Part shown: piece after piece, positions 46,013 to 55,555 of the stretch
Numbering within the stretch: position 1 is the first letter of the stretch
Layout of the letters: each line of letters begins with the position of its first letter
Source of the DNA: an uncultured Candidatus Saccharibacteria bacterium
GTDB lineage: Bacteria > Patescibacteriota > Doudnabacteria > UBA920
Length of the DNA stretch: 64,000 bases
Direction: 5' to 3'
Assembly: GCA_964512925.1 (NCBI GenBank)
Contig: CAZEKH010000004.1
Span: 2,431-66,430, forward strand
Made by a program: the position numbers and the translations under genes
Notes under the pieces: model-generated
Database searches by the model: none
What the model saw: only the letters and a program-made list of their open reading frames with translations
Told to the model about the DNA's origin: nothing

Positions 46013-49000
46013 TTGCAGAAACTAAAAATAAAATTTAAAAGGTTTTTTGCAAATAAAACATTCCTTTTTCCCATACTTGTGGGTATTTTTGTGTTAGGTA
46101 TAATTTTTTTCCAAGGAATACTAACAGCAAAAGCTCAGTTAACAGCAAAGAAAGTAGACCCTGGGAGCATTCAGTTTAAAATGGATACTGAAATAAATGG
46201 AAAGAATGATAATCTGGTTAAAGTTGTAAAGGGTAACCCTATCAAAATTAAGGCAATTGTTACTGTCACCGCAGCTTCTGAATCCGGGACCATTGGAGGA
46301 CCGATACAAGATATAAATTATGGTGTTGATGTTTTGGATTTTAATACAACTATTGATAGAAATAGAATTTTGAAAGAGATCGGTGTTGGTATAGAGCCAG
46401 CCCAAGCCGACAAGACATCTTGCGATCAAAAAATAGTTTCAAATTTTATTGTTTGGAAAGATAATACCACTTATATCGCGTGTAATTTTTTTGCAGGATC
46501 AGGAGTTTTGGGCGCAAACGGCCTTAAAATCGGACAATCATATCCTGTTGAAATTTCGTTTGTAATAAATGACACAACAATAAACGGTATGGGGTTAGAC
46601 AAACCCTGTCCCAGAAATTCAAGCAAGACACCTTGTTTAACTGTTTATCCATATGTTTTTATGGATAAAATTGGAATTGATAGAAAAATCGCAGTATCAA
46701 CAGGCGGGAAGGATGTTTATGTGCAGTATTATAATTCGCAAACAGAAATGGATGCGGATACATCCAGGCCGACCGATATACCGGCATATGGTTCCGTGCA
46801 AGGTAATCTTGGCGTTGGCGCAACCGGAAGTGGTTTAGTAGGGTTCATTAACCAAATCATTGGCATTATTGTTGGGGCTTTTAATGAGCTGATTTATTTG
46901 ATTTTCTATTTGGTGGTAGCTCCTCTGCTTCAGGCAATGCTTTCCATCTCAACTTACAAAGATACTTTTGTGGCGGTTATTTACCCGGGCTGGGAGATTA
47001 TCCGCAACATTTGCAACATCATTTTTATCGTGGCGATGATAGCTATCGGACTTGGCACCATCTTGCGCGTAGATTCGTACAACTACAAACATTTGCTGGT
47101 GAATTTGATTCTTGCAGCATTACTCATTAACTTTAGTTTAGTTATTGGACAGATTATACTGGGCATAGCAGACACAGTGCAAAACCAATTTTTGCCCAAC
47201 AATCAGGAAGTCATCCGCGCTTTGGCAAAAGACTTGATGCTGGCATACCGAAGCGAAACTTGGAATTTAAATTACGCGCAAAATGGTTTTTGGGGCAACA
47301 CCTTCAAGCCTTTGTTTTTCCTGGCTATGGCTACGGGCAGTTTTATGATTTTTGTTGCTATAGCCGCGTTTTTGTTTATACGAATTGTGATGCTCTGGAT
47401 ACTTCTTATGGTTTCGCCCATAGCGTATGCCGCCGGGGTTTTGCCTTCTACGGCTAGTTTCAGGCAGACCTGGTGGTCAAACTTCATTAAGTACGCGTTC
47501 TTCACGCCGGTGATGGCTTTCTTCTTAAACCTGACTGCTGTCATTTCCGCAGCTTACAAAAACACTTCCATTCTTCAAACTGTAACATCTGCGGACTTGC
47601 AGAATTCGGATTTAGCAGCTTTTGTCTTTAGACTGGCTAGTAATGTCATCCTGCTGGTGTTTTTGATGGTCGCTATCCAAGCTGCTGACAAGTTCGGCAT
47701 CTATGGCGCTTCCGAGCTCGGCAAAATGGCCAAAGGCGGCCTTATGGCTCCGTTTGCCGGAGCCGGGTGGCTGGGGAAGACAGGATATAAAAATTTCCAG
47801 TTGTGGAAATGGAATGCTACCAAGGCATGGTCGCAGGAAACCGAACCTGGGAAGTCAAAAGTTATTGGTGGGCTTAAAAGGATAGCATTTACCGCAGTGA
47901 ATCCTGAAGCTGTAAAAAAAGCCTTTGAAAAAGATTTTGAAAAGAAATATCACAGGGCAGAGCATGCTGTTGAAGCTGCCGGTTTGGATGTAAAACGACA
48001 AACTCCAGGGTTTAAAGAAGTTGGTATGCCAAGTGAGTTGGCTGAGGTTGAATTACATGCTTTGGATGAAATAAGTAAAGAACGACCTTACTCTGGTAAT
48101 GAGGAGTTAGAGGTGGACTTGGCATTAAACTTATTTAAGCTGGCTAAAACTTCAGAAAAATACCGTCCGGTGGCGGCAGCTAAATTTTTGCAATTAATTG
48201 AGGAAAAAGGTGGTAATGCGTTACTTGCAAAAAGCACTGATGATGAAGGTAAACCCTTTGAATGGACACGCGAGTCTATGAACGCTTATCTAAATAAAAT
48301 GGTAAAAGATGGTGTGTTTTCGAAACAAATGGCCGGTGAATTAAATAACCGTATTAGCAAAATTGCCTATGAAACTAAACAGCGAGCTATGTATGAGGGT
48401 GTATATAGACATGGTGTTCATCCTGGAGTGTTTGAAACTGAAAAAGTAGATTGGGGTGATGAAAAAGGTAAGGTTTGGCGCATAGCCGGACAAAATGATT
48501 ACGAAGCTTTACGCAATTTTTCATATAGCAAGCTTGATTCTGCCATTGTTGAAGACAAGGAAGTGGCGGCACAATTTTTAGAAACCACAAAAGGTTTGGA
48601 TGGCTTGGCTAAAGAGGAAGCGGAAAAAACATTTAAAGCCAGCCTTTTGAAGCAAATGATGAAAGATATATCTGGTCACAGTGGCAAATGGGGTTCAAAA
48701 TACGGCCATGATTTTGAAGAAGCCTTTCAAAAGGATAAAAAATATAATCCTGATGGCAAAGCTAGTTTTAATCATGATCGGTATCATAATTTTGAGGCTT
48801 GGAAAGGAACTATGGATCAAAGAGATTCAAACCTGACCAAAAGAAAAGGACCTAACGATGCTCTTTCCGATGTTCACTGGAATAGCGTTACCGAAACAAT
48901 TAATGGGGCAACCAGGCTTCAGAGCTCTGCGTTGGTGGATTTTTATGATATAAAAGAGGGTGAAAAGTTTCAGGCTGGAAGAGGTTTGCAGCCTAAAGTA

Positions 49001-49252
49001 CTTGCCGGTCTTGAAAGGGCTATCGTTACCTACAAAGATTTGGCAATCAAGGATTTTGAAAATGAAATAAGGCGAAGGACCATTGAAGCTGGCGAAAAGA
49101 TGCCTTCTGATGCTGAAATTACCGAAATGGCAAAGAAAAAGGTTGCTGACTTGCAAACTGTGATTGACAGGTCAAAATATGGAGCGACCACACCCCCAGT
49201 AGTTAAACCCAAAATTGATATGGGTAAGTTAGAAGAAACTGGTATTTCATAA
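46013..49252 (+). CDS. VirB6/TrbL-like polytopic membrane protein (1079 aa) with an N-terminal extracytoplasmic beta-rich domain and a ~500-aa C-terminal hydrophilic domain
   Basis: N-terminal TM or signal segment, then at least 6 strongly hydrophobic helices between aa ~270 and ~560 (for example FFLAMATGSFMIFVAIAAFLFIRIVMLWILLMVSPIAYAAGVLP). The topology and size resemble Gram-positive VirB6 analogues such as TcpH or PrgH. It sits upstream of the VirB3/VirB4-like genes. Confidence 0.5.
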   Translation: MQKLKIKFKRFFANKTFLFPILVGIFVLGIIFFQGILTAKAQLTAKKVDPGSIQFKMDTEINGKNDNLVKVVKGNPIKIKAIVTVTAASESGTIGGPIQDINYGVDVLDFNTTIDRNRILKEIGVGIEPAQADKTSCDQKIVSNFIVWKDNTTYIACNFFAGSGVLGANGLKIGQSYPVEISFVINDTTINGMGLDKPCPRNSSKTPCLTVYPYVFMDKIGIDRKIAVSTGGKDVYVQYYNSQTEMDADTSRPTDIPAYGSVQGNLGVGATGSGLVGFINQIIGIIVGAFNELIYLIFYLVVAPLLQAMLSISTYKDTFVAVIYPGWEIIRNICNIIFIVAMIAIGLGTILRVDSYNYKHLLVNLILAALLINFSLVIGQIILGIADTVQNQFLPNNQEVIRALAKDLMLAYRSETWNLNYAQNGFWGNTFKPLFFLAMATGSFMIFVAIAAFLFIRIVMLWILLMVSPIAYAAGVLPSTASFRQTWWSNFIKYAFFTPVMAFFLNLTAVISAAYKNTSILQTVTSADLQNSDLAAFVFRLASNVILLVFLMVAIQAADKFGIYGASELGKMAKGGLMAPFAGAGWLGKTGYKNFQLWKWNATKAWSQETEPGKSKVIGGLKRIAFTAVNPEAVKKAFEKDFEKKYHRAEHAVEAAGLDVKRQTPGFKEVGMPSELAEVELHALDEISKERPYSGNEELEVDLALNLFKLAKTSEKYRPVAAAKFLQLIEEKGGNALLAKSTDDEGKPFEWTRESMNAYLNKMVKDGVFSKQMAGELNNRISKIAYETKQRAMYEGVYRHGVHPGVFETEKVDWGDEKGKVWRIAGQNDYEALRNFSYSKLDSAIVEDKEVAAQFLETTKGLDGLAKEEAEKTFKASLLKQMMKDISGHSGKWGSKYGHDFEEAFQKDKKYNPDGKASFNHDRYHNFEAWKGTMDQRDSNLTKRKGPNDALSDVHWNSVTETINGATRLQSSALVDFYDIKEGEKFQAGRGLQPKVLAGLERAIVTYKDLAIKDFENEIRRRTIEAGEKMPSDAEITEMAKKKVADLQTVIDRSKYGATTPPVVKPKIDMGKLEETGIS

Positions 49253-49260
49253 TTTTTTGC

Positions 49261-50286
49261 TTGACTTATCTTATGTCTCAACTAGATAATAATTTGATTG
49301 AAAAAATAAATAAAGCTAAATGGCCTGAAAATCAAAAAAAACTCCTGTTAGAGCTTTTGCCGAATTTTGGTTTGAATTTTCAAAACTTTGTCTTGATTGA
49401 AGCCGGCAAACTGGGTTTTGAATATTTGTCAGAAGTTTTGCCTAAATTAATGCAACAACTTTTAGATATTGGTGTGAGTAAGTTAAAAGATTCTGATGGG
49501 TTTTTGTCCTTATTGGCTTCTGCCCCAGATGATCCAGAAAAGGATTGTGGGCAAATGGTTTTACCTTGGGTTATGGATTTTTATTCTGAAAATAAGGAAA
49601 ACTTTTCAACTTCCGATGAAGTATATGGGGCTTTAGCGTATTTTTTTTCTAAAATGTTTAATTTTTTACCAGAAAAATTCTGCGCTAATTTTTTTGAACA
49701 TTATACATTTTTTTCTTTGATACGCGGTATTGATCTGTTATTTTTGAGTAAAAAGTATATTTATAAAAAAAGATGGGTGGGTGATAGTAATAAAACAAAA
49801 TTTTTTTTAGATGCTTTATTTAAAAATCAGGAGATAATCACAAGTTCCCCAATTACATATTTAGGTTCGAAGGTAAATGGTAATGTATCGGAGATTATAT
49901 CAAAATTTGCAACTTCTAATAACAATTTTAGAAAAATTAGTAGTTTAGAAGTTACTAAATTCGTGTCTGATATTAGGGGCGTGCAAGAAAACGAAAGAAA
50001 GGCTATATTAAAGCTTTTGATTTTGTATTTATGGCTTCTAAGTCCAAATGTGACTGAGTCAGAAATTTATGATGAAGATTATTCAGAGATTTTAACAGAA
50101 ATTGACCCAGGTAAATTTTTTAGAAAGGAAATATTAATTGGTTTTTTTTCACCTGATATTCCCTCCTCAACACAAAATAGTAATTTAGTTATGAAAACCA
50201 GCGATTTTTCAAACGTCGGTTATGTAAACATTGACCAAAAACTGCAGGAGCTTAGGAGGAGGGCGGAGAAGGATGGGAAAGGGTAA
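49261..50286 (+). CDS. hypothetical cytoplasmic protein within the T4SS-like cluster
   Basis: 341-aa ORF starting 9 nt after the VirB6-like gene. No motif recognised. Confidence 0.35.
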   Translation: MTYLMSQLDNNLIEKINKAKWPENQKKLLLELLPNFGLNFQNFVLIEAGKLGFEYLSEVLPKLMQQLLDIGVSKLKDSDGFLSLLASAPDDPEKDCGQMVLPWVMDFYSENKENFSTSDEVYGALAYFFSKMFNFLPEKFCANFFEHYTFFSLIRGIDLLFLSKKYIYKKRWVGDSNKTKFFLDALFKNQEIITSSPITYLGSKVNGNVSEIISKFATSNNNFRKISSLEVTKFVSDIRGVQENERKAILKLLILYLWLLSPNVTESEIYDEDYSEILTEIDPGKFFRKEILIGFFSPDIPSSTQNSNLVMKTSDFSNVGYVNIDQKLQELRRRAEKDGKG

Positions 50287-50527
50287 GTGCAAGCTAGTTA
50301 GAGTGTTAGGGAGATAGAGTTAAGAATAAAGAAATTTTGGATAATATTATATATTTTTAAATGTTTAAAGGTTTTATTTTTAAGAATTTATTAAAACAAA
50401 AACCCAAAGCCTTGTTGCCTTGAGTTAGGATTTATACCTCTGCCTTTTCAGGCAGAGTCGGGCCGAAGCCATTTGTAAAATTAGTATATAATATATATAA
50501 GATACTGTCAAGAGCAATTTAAAGTTT

Positions 50528-52081
50528 ATGCAACAAGACCAGGTAGAACAAATTAAAAAGCTTGTCAGATCAACAGAGCTTTTAAAAGAAGAAGAAAGGG
50601 CTGAATGGCTTTCGCTTTTTGGCGTGATGAATGACAAACAGCTTTTAGAGCTTAGAAAAATATTAGAAGGGGTGGAAAAAAAGGTTGAAACCCAGTCCGT
50701 GGGACTCGGATATTTGCCAAAAATAGAAGAGAATCCAGTAGCTCAGATGGCTATCAAGCCGAAATTCTCCGAAGAGCCTAAGTCTTTATCTGAAACGGTT
50801 CAAAAAAAGCCGGAGCCTGCGCCTGTGGCTTTGCCAAAACCGACAGTTTTGCCGCCTTTGGAAGCAAAATTACCCGAACTTTTGAAAAAATCCGCGGAAG
50901 ATATAAAAAAGCCGGTAATTTCTCCTAAAAGCCCAAACCTTTCGCATATTTTAAACATCCCTGCTAAAGATCCGGGTGTAAAAAAGCTGATTGCCAACAA
51001 CTTGGGACAAAAATCCAATTTAGAAATCAAAAGCGCACCTAAGATTGCATCAAAAGTATTGAGTGATGAGAGTTTTAAAGGCAGGCAAAATGGATTTTTT
51101 ACTTCTTTAAAATCCTTGCTTGGAAAAAAAGAACTCAAAGCTGGACATCCTGAAGCTGTGCAAGAAAAAGAGCTGCCTGCGCCTCATACCGCTTTAGAAA
51201 AAATGCCGCAAAATTTGCCTGCCCCGCTTGTGTCCAAAGCTCTGGCGCCGGCTGTTTTGCCGAAAACTGAAACACAGAAAACCGGAGATAAAACCGCTGA
51301 AGCAAAACCTTTACCGCCAACTGTGCCTAAACCCCCGGTAAAGTTGCCAGAAAAAAAACCGGAAGCAAAAGTTCCGGACAAGCCCGCGGTCAAATCTGTG
51401 GAATTGCCAAAAATTCAACCCATTGCGTCTACTTTTGGTAAGGGATTGACTTATAATCCAGCTGTCAAAAAAACTGGAGGTTTGGAGGATCAAAAAATCC
51501 TTCAAAAAGTTCCGCTTGCTTCGCCGCAGCCACAGCCGCCAGTAAAGAAAACCATCAGGCCAGATGCTGGAAAAATTTTTGCCGCCGGAGTGCAACTACC
51601 CAATATGCCTGAAGGTTTAAATTTGTCAGATTTTGTAAGAAAACAGGCTCAGTTTTCTGAAAAAAAGCCGGAAAATATTGCTACAGCCCCGGAACAGATG
51701 AAGCGCGCAAATATGCCGGCAGATGTTCAAAGCCTGGAAAGCAAAACCGCTCCCATAATGATGGTTTTAAAATACCCTGATTTTAAACCTCCGGCAATCA
51801 ATGTAGCTTCAGACTTATTATCTTTAAAACTTAAAGATTTTCCGGAAAATCATCCTGCTTTTTCCAACCAGATCAAGGCTTTGGTGAAAAATATCGGTAT
51901 TCATGAAGTTATGGCGCAGTTGGAGCAGAGCCCTCTTTATAAAGCCTATCTAAAAACCGGCACGGATGCGCTTAGTCAAAAGTATAATTTTTCCGAAAAT
52001 TCCGAATCTGAAACGGATTATATGAATTTGGATCAGTTTGAAGGTTTTGCGGATCTGTTGATGCAGGTACAGGCTGAATAA
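50528..52081 (+). CDS. Pro/Lys/Ala-rich low-complexity protein (517 aa)
   Basis: Repeats of the type PKPPVKLPEKKPEAKVPDKPAVK and LPAPLVSKALAPAVLPK. The N- and C-termini are non-repetitive. No TM segment. Confidence 0.35.
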   Translation: MQQDQVEQIKKLVRSTELLKEEERAEWLSLFGVMNDKQLLELRKILEGVEKKVETQSVGLGYLPKIEENPVAQMAIKPKFSEEPKSLSETVQKKPEPAPVALPKPTVLPPLEAKLPELLKKSAEDIKKPVISPKSPNLSHILNIPAKDPGVKKLIANNLGQKSNLEIKSAPKIASKVLSDESFKGRQNGFFTSLKSLLGKKELKAGHPEAVQEKELPAPHTALEKMPQNLPAPLVSKALAPAVLPKTETQKTGDKTAEAKPLPPTVPKPPVKLPEKKPEAKVPDKPAVKSVELPKIQPIASTFGKGLTYNPAVKKTGGLEDQKILQKVPLASPQPQPPVKKTIRPDAGKIFAAGVQLPNMPEGLNLSDFVRKQAQFSEKKPENIATAPEQMKRANMPADVQSLESKTAPIMMVLKYPDFKPPAINVASDLLSLKLKDFPENHPAFSNQIKALVKNIGIHEVMAQLEQSPLYKAYLKTGTDALSQKYNFSENSESETDYMNLDQFEGFADLLMQVQAE

Positions 52082-52167
52082 CGTAGTTTTTAGGCCTATG
52101 TTTTTACTGTTTTTTAATCCTGAACTAGTTAAAAAATAGAAATAAACTAAAAAAACTAGTATAATTA

Positions 52168-52617
52168 TTGTACGAAGTAACAATGCAATTTCCAGTACCA
52201 CAATTTACCGAAGTTGAGGATAAAATTTTTGGTCCCTTGACCCTAAAGCAGTTTGGTATTGTTTTTGGAGCCGGGGTGGTGATATTTTTGGGTTACAGCG
52301 CGACCAAAAGCCTGGCGGTTTTAGTAGTTTTGTTTTTATTGTTTGGACTTCCGGCATTGGGAATAGCCTTTGCTAAGCCAAACGGCAGGCCGCTATACAA
52401 TTCTTTCGGATTTATGTTTAGATTTTATACCAGTCCCAAAGAGTTGATATTCCACCGCGAAGCTCGGTCTGCGGGCGCGATGCCAAAAAATCAAAATCCA
52501 GATCAGGCACCTGCTTCAGTTGACGCGAACCTCGGCACCACTCAGGACAGGCTAAGGGAAGTTAACCAGCTGCTGCAAAAAAATGCACAGGAAGAAAAAG
52601 ATATTTTGAAGATGTAG
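52168..52617 (+). CDS. small two-TM membrane protein, VirB3/PrgI-like by position and topology
   Basis: Helices FGIVFGAGVVIFLGY and LAVLVVLFLLFGLPALGIAFA. Immediately upstream of the VirB4 N-domain ORF. Confidence 0.4.
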   Translation: MYEVTMQFPVPQFTEVEDKIFGPLTLKQFGIVFGAGVVIFLGYSATKSLAVLVVLFLLFGLPALGIAFAKPNGRPLYNSFGFMFRFYTSPKELIFHREARSAGAMPKNQNPDQAPASVDANLGTTQDRLREVNQLLQKNAQEEKDILKM

Positions 52618-52687
52618 AAGCCCAAATTTTAAATTAAAAATGTATTTAAGTAATTCAATTTAAAAATATTCGCTGTGTAGGGCACAG

Positions 52688-52790
52688 TCGTTCGACCTCT
52701 CCCGCTCCGATGTCCATCGGGGCACCCTCCCCACCCGCCTGCAGCGATATGTGCAGCATTTCGGGCAGGAGCCTGGGGAGGGAAAAACTG
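52688..52790. repeat. hairpin repeat family 2 copy
   Basis: GTTCGACCTCTCCCGCTCCGATGTCCATCGGGGCACCCTCCCCACCCGCC...GCCTGGGGAGGG. It overlaps the annotated N-terminal extension of the next ORF. Confidence 0.7.
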
Positions 52791-52807
52791 TATTAAGTTT
52801 TTATCCT

Positions 52808-53494
52808 ATGAAGTTTGATATGCAAAATAAAAACAAATCAACCGGCAAAACAACCCAAAGCTTTTTACGCATCGCTGAGATCAAATCCGATACCGCAGTG
52901 ATGGATGACGGGACTTTGAGGGCAATTTTGTCTGTCTCGTCCACCAATTTTGATTTAAAAAGCCAAGACGAGCAAAATGGGATAATATTTAACTTCCAAA
53001 GGTTTTTAAATTCTTTGGATTTTCCCGTTCAAATTTTGATGCAAAGCCGAAAGATGGATGTCGGGGCTTACTTGGAAAAGCTCAAGCGGATTTCGGAAAA
53101 GCAGACTAACGAACTTTTGCGAGTGCAGACCCAGGAATATGTGGAGTTTATCGCCAGGCTGGTGGAAAATGCCAGCATTATGAACAAAAATTTTTATGTT
53201 GTTGTGCCTTTGGGCGAAAGCGTCAATCCGAATGCAGCAGGTTTTTTCAGTAAAATATTTGGAAACGGCAAAGCCAAAGAAGCCAAAGAACGGATTGAGA
53301 ATTTTGAAAAAGCTTCGGAAAAATTGAATTTGCGTGTCAGCGCGGTTTTGTCCAACCTATCCAGCGTGGGGGTAAGATCAGCCAGGCTGAAAACCGAAGA
53401 GATCATCCAACTTTACTACAACTCTTATAATTTTGATGCCGCTCCAAACATAGACGCCACTAAAATCCCGGAAATGGATATTGTTAATACTTAA
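52808..53494 (+). CDS. VirB4/TrbE/CagE-family N-terminal domain, separate ORF. The start is taken at MKFDMQ because the ORF-track extension reads through a repeat.
   Basis: RAILSVSSTNFDLKSQDEQNGIIFNFQRFLNSLDFPVQILMQSRK resembles the VirB4 N-domain. It ends with TAA in the same frame as the ATPase ORF, which restarts 27 nt downstream. Confidence 0.5.
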   Translation: MKFDMQNKNKSTGKTTQSFLRIAEIKSDTAVMDDGTLRAILSVSSTNFDLKSQDEQNGIIFNFQRFLNSLDFPVQILMQSRKMDVGAYLEKLKRISEKQTNELLRVQTQEYVEFIARLVENASIMNKNFYVVVPLGESVNPNAAGFFSKIFGNGKAKEAKERIENFEKASEKLNLRVSAVLSNLSSVGVRSARLKTEEIIQLYYNSYNFDAAPNIDATKIPEMDIVNT

Positions 53495-53521
53495 ATAAAA
53501 ATATAAAACTACTTCATCACA

Positions 53522-55369
53522 ATGAGTTTATTTGGAAAACACAACCAGGCGGAGATTGACGAAAAAAAAGAAAAGATAAAAGAGCTGGAGTCTGAACGCA
53601 GCGCGTCAAAAAAATTGGACGATGTGGAAAAAACCTACCGCGAGGGACTTACCACTTTGCGGGATTTGATCGCGCCCGCGGCTTTAAAGTTTTCCGGATC
53701 GTATTTTGAACTGAATGGCAAATTCGGCAGAAGTTTTTTTGTGCTGGCTTACCCGAGATTTTTATCCACTAACTGGCTGTCTTTTGTCATTAACGCGGAA
53801 GGGGCTTTGGATGTTTCAATGTTTATTTACCCCATTGATTCGGCAACGATTTTAAAAAAGCTTAAATCCAAAGTCGGGGAAATAGGTTCTCAGATGTCTA
53901 TGAATCAGGAAAAGGGTTCGGTCCGCGACCCAATGCTGGAGACTGCGTACAAAGATGTGGAAGGGCTTCGCGACCAGCTGATGCAGGGAACGGAAAAATA
54001 TTTCCGTTTTGCCTTATATTTTACGATTTATGCGGACGATCTAAAAGAGCTGGATAAAAATTCCGCCACTTTAGAGAGCTCTTTAGGCGCCAAGTTGGTG
54101 GTAACAAAGCGCGCGGTTCTGCAGACTCAGGACGGTCTGAACTCCACTTTGCCTCTGGGTATGGATCTTTTGGATGTTGGAAACAATATGAATACCAGCC
54201 CGCTCTCTACCTGTTTTCCTTTTGTTTCTTCCGATCTGACGACTAATGACGGGATTTTATACGGTATCAACCGGCACAATAACAGTCTGATTTTGTTTGA
54301 CCGTTTTGCAATGGAAAATGCCAATAGCGTGATTTTCGCCAAATCAGGCGCAGGAAAATCCTACGCTGTAAAGCTGGAAGTTTTGCGTTCTCTGATGATG
54401 GGCACTGAAGTTATCATCATAGATCCTGAAAACGAATATAAGCATTTAGCCGAGGCCGTGGGCGGGACTTACTTAAATGTCTCTTTAAACAGCGAATCGC
54501 GGATTAACCCTTTTGATTTGCCAGTGGCTATAGAAGGAGAGCAAAATAGCGAAGTTTTGAGAAGCGCGGTGGTAAATCTTTTAGGTATGTTCAATCTGAT
54601 GCTGGGCAAGTTAAATCCCACTGAAGAAGCGATAATGGACAAGGCGATTTGGCAAACATATGCGAAAAAAGACATTACTCCGGATTTGGCGGACTTTAGA
54701 GGCGCGGAAATGCCGACAATGAACGATCTGGTAGAAATTTTGTCCGGCACTGTGGGAGCGGAAAGTTTGGTTCAGCGCTTAGGCAAATATACGGAAGGGA
54801 CTTTTGCCGGACTGTTTAACCAGCCGACCAATGTGGTTTTAAACAACCAGCTCGTGGTTTTTTCCATTCGCGACCTGGAAGAGGAGCTAAGGCCCATAGC
54901 GATGTATATTGTGCTGAATTATATTTGGAATGTTGTCAGAAGCGAACTCAAGCGTAGGATATTGGCAGTGGACGAAGCCTGGATTTTGATGCAGCACGAA
55001 GACAGCGCCAGGTTTTTATTTGGCATAGCAAAAAGAGGCCGTAAATATTATCTGGGACTTTCAACCATCACTCAGGATGTGGTGGATTTTATGTCCAGCC
55101 CTTACGGCAAGCCGATCGTTACCAATTCTTCCATCCAGCTTTTGCTCAAACAGTCGCCGGCGGCTATCAATGTCATAGCAGAAACTTTTTATCTGACAGA
55201 GGGTGAAAAATATCTGCTTTTAGAAAGCGAAGTCGGGGAAGGCATATTTTTTGCCGGCCTTAAACACGCGGCTATCAAAATTTATGCCTCCTATGTGGAA
55301 GATCAAATCATTACTACTGACCCGAAACAGCTTTTAGAAATTCAGGAAAGCCAGGATAAGCTGAACTAA
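53522..55369 (+). CDS. virB4: VirB4-family conjugation/secretion ATPase, ATPase domain
   Basis: Walker A AKSGAGKSYAV, Walker B RILAVDEAWILM (DEAW is the VirB4 hallmark), GLSTITQDV. Length and motif spacing match the VirB4 C-terminal domain. Confidence 0.8.
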   Translation: MSLFGKHNQAEIDEKKEKIKELESERSASKKLDDVEKTYREGLTTLRDLIAPAALKFSGSYFELNGKFGRSFFVLAYPRFLSTNWLSFVINAEGALDVSMFIYPIDSATILKKLKSKVGEIGSQMSMNQEKGSVRDPMLETAYKDVEGLRDQLMQGTEKYFRFALYFTIYADDLKELDKNSATLESSLGAKLVVTKRAVLQTQDGLNSTLPLGMDLLDVGNNMNTSPLSTCFPFVSSDLTTNDGILYGINRHNNSLILFDRFAMENANSVIFAKSGAGKSYAVKLEVLRSLMMGTEVIIIDPENEYKHLAEAVGGTYLNVSLNSESRINPFDLPVAIEGEQNSEVLRSAVVNLLGMFNLMLGKLNPTEEAIMDKAIWQTYAKKDITPDLADFRGAEMPTMNDLVEILSGTVGAESLVQRLGKYTEGTFAGLFNQPTNVVLNNQLVVFSIRDLEEELRPIAMYIVLNYIWNVVRSELKRRILAVDEAWILMQHEDSARFLFGIAKRGRKYYLGLSTITQDVVDFMSSPYGKPIVTNSSIQLLLKQSPAAINVIAETFYLTEGEKYLLLESEVGEGIFFAGLKHAAIKIYASYVEDQIITTDPKQLLEIQESQDKLN

Positions 55370-55390
55370 TTTTTAAAATTATTAGATTAC

Positions 55391-55472
55391 ACCCGCATCC
55401 TTTCCCCCTCTCCCGTTAGACGGGGGAGCCTGCCCGACTTGGTCATTCAGGCGGGGGTAGGGGTGGGGGTGA
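55391..55472. repeat. composite hairpin repeat related to family 1
   Basis: CCCCCTCTCCCGttagaCGGGGGAGcctgcccgacttggtcattcaggcGGGGGTAGGGGTGGGGGTG. Confidence 0.6.
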
Positions 55473-55555
55473 ATTTTTTTAAAATTCAGTGAAAATTGTC
55501 CCGATGTCAATCGGGATCCCGCTTCGCGGGAAAAATTGGTAATTGAAATTTTTTT

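Noticed and set aside
50528-52081. Calling the Pro/Lys-rich protein a VirB10/TonB-like component
   Set aside because: A proline-rich linker alone is not diagnostic. There is no N-terminal TM anchor and no recognisable VirB10 C-terminal beta-barrel motif, so it is left as a hypothetical low-complexity protein.
52751-52807. Upstream start of the VirB4 N-domain ORF (MQHFGQEPGEGKTVLSFYP)
   Set aside because: The extension is read from the family-2 hairpin repeat (GCCTGGGGAGGG...). The internal ATG at 52808 (MKFDMQ) is the more plausible start.
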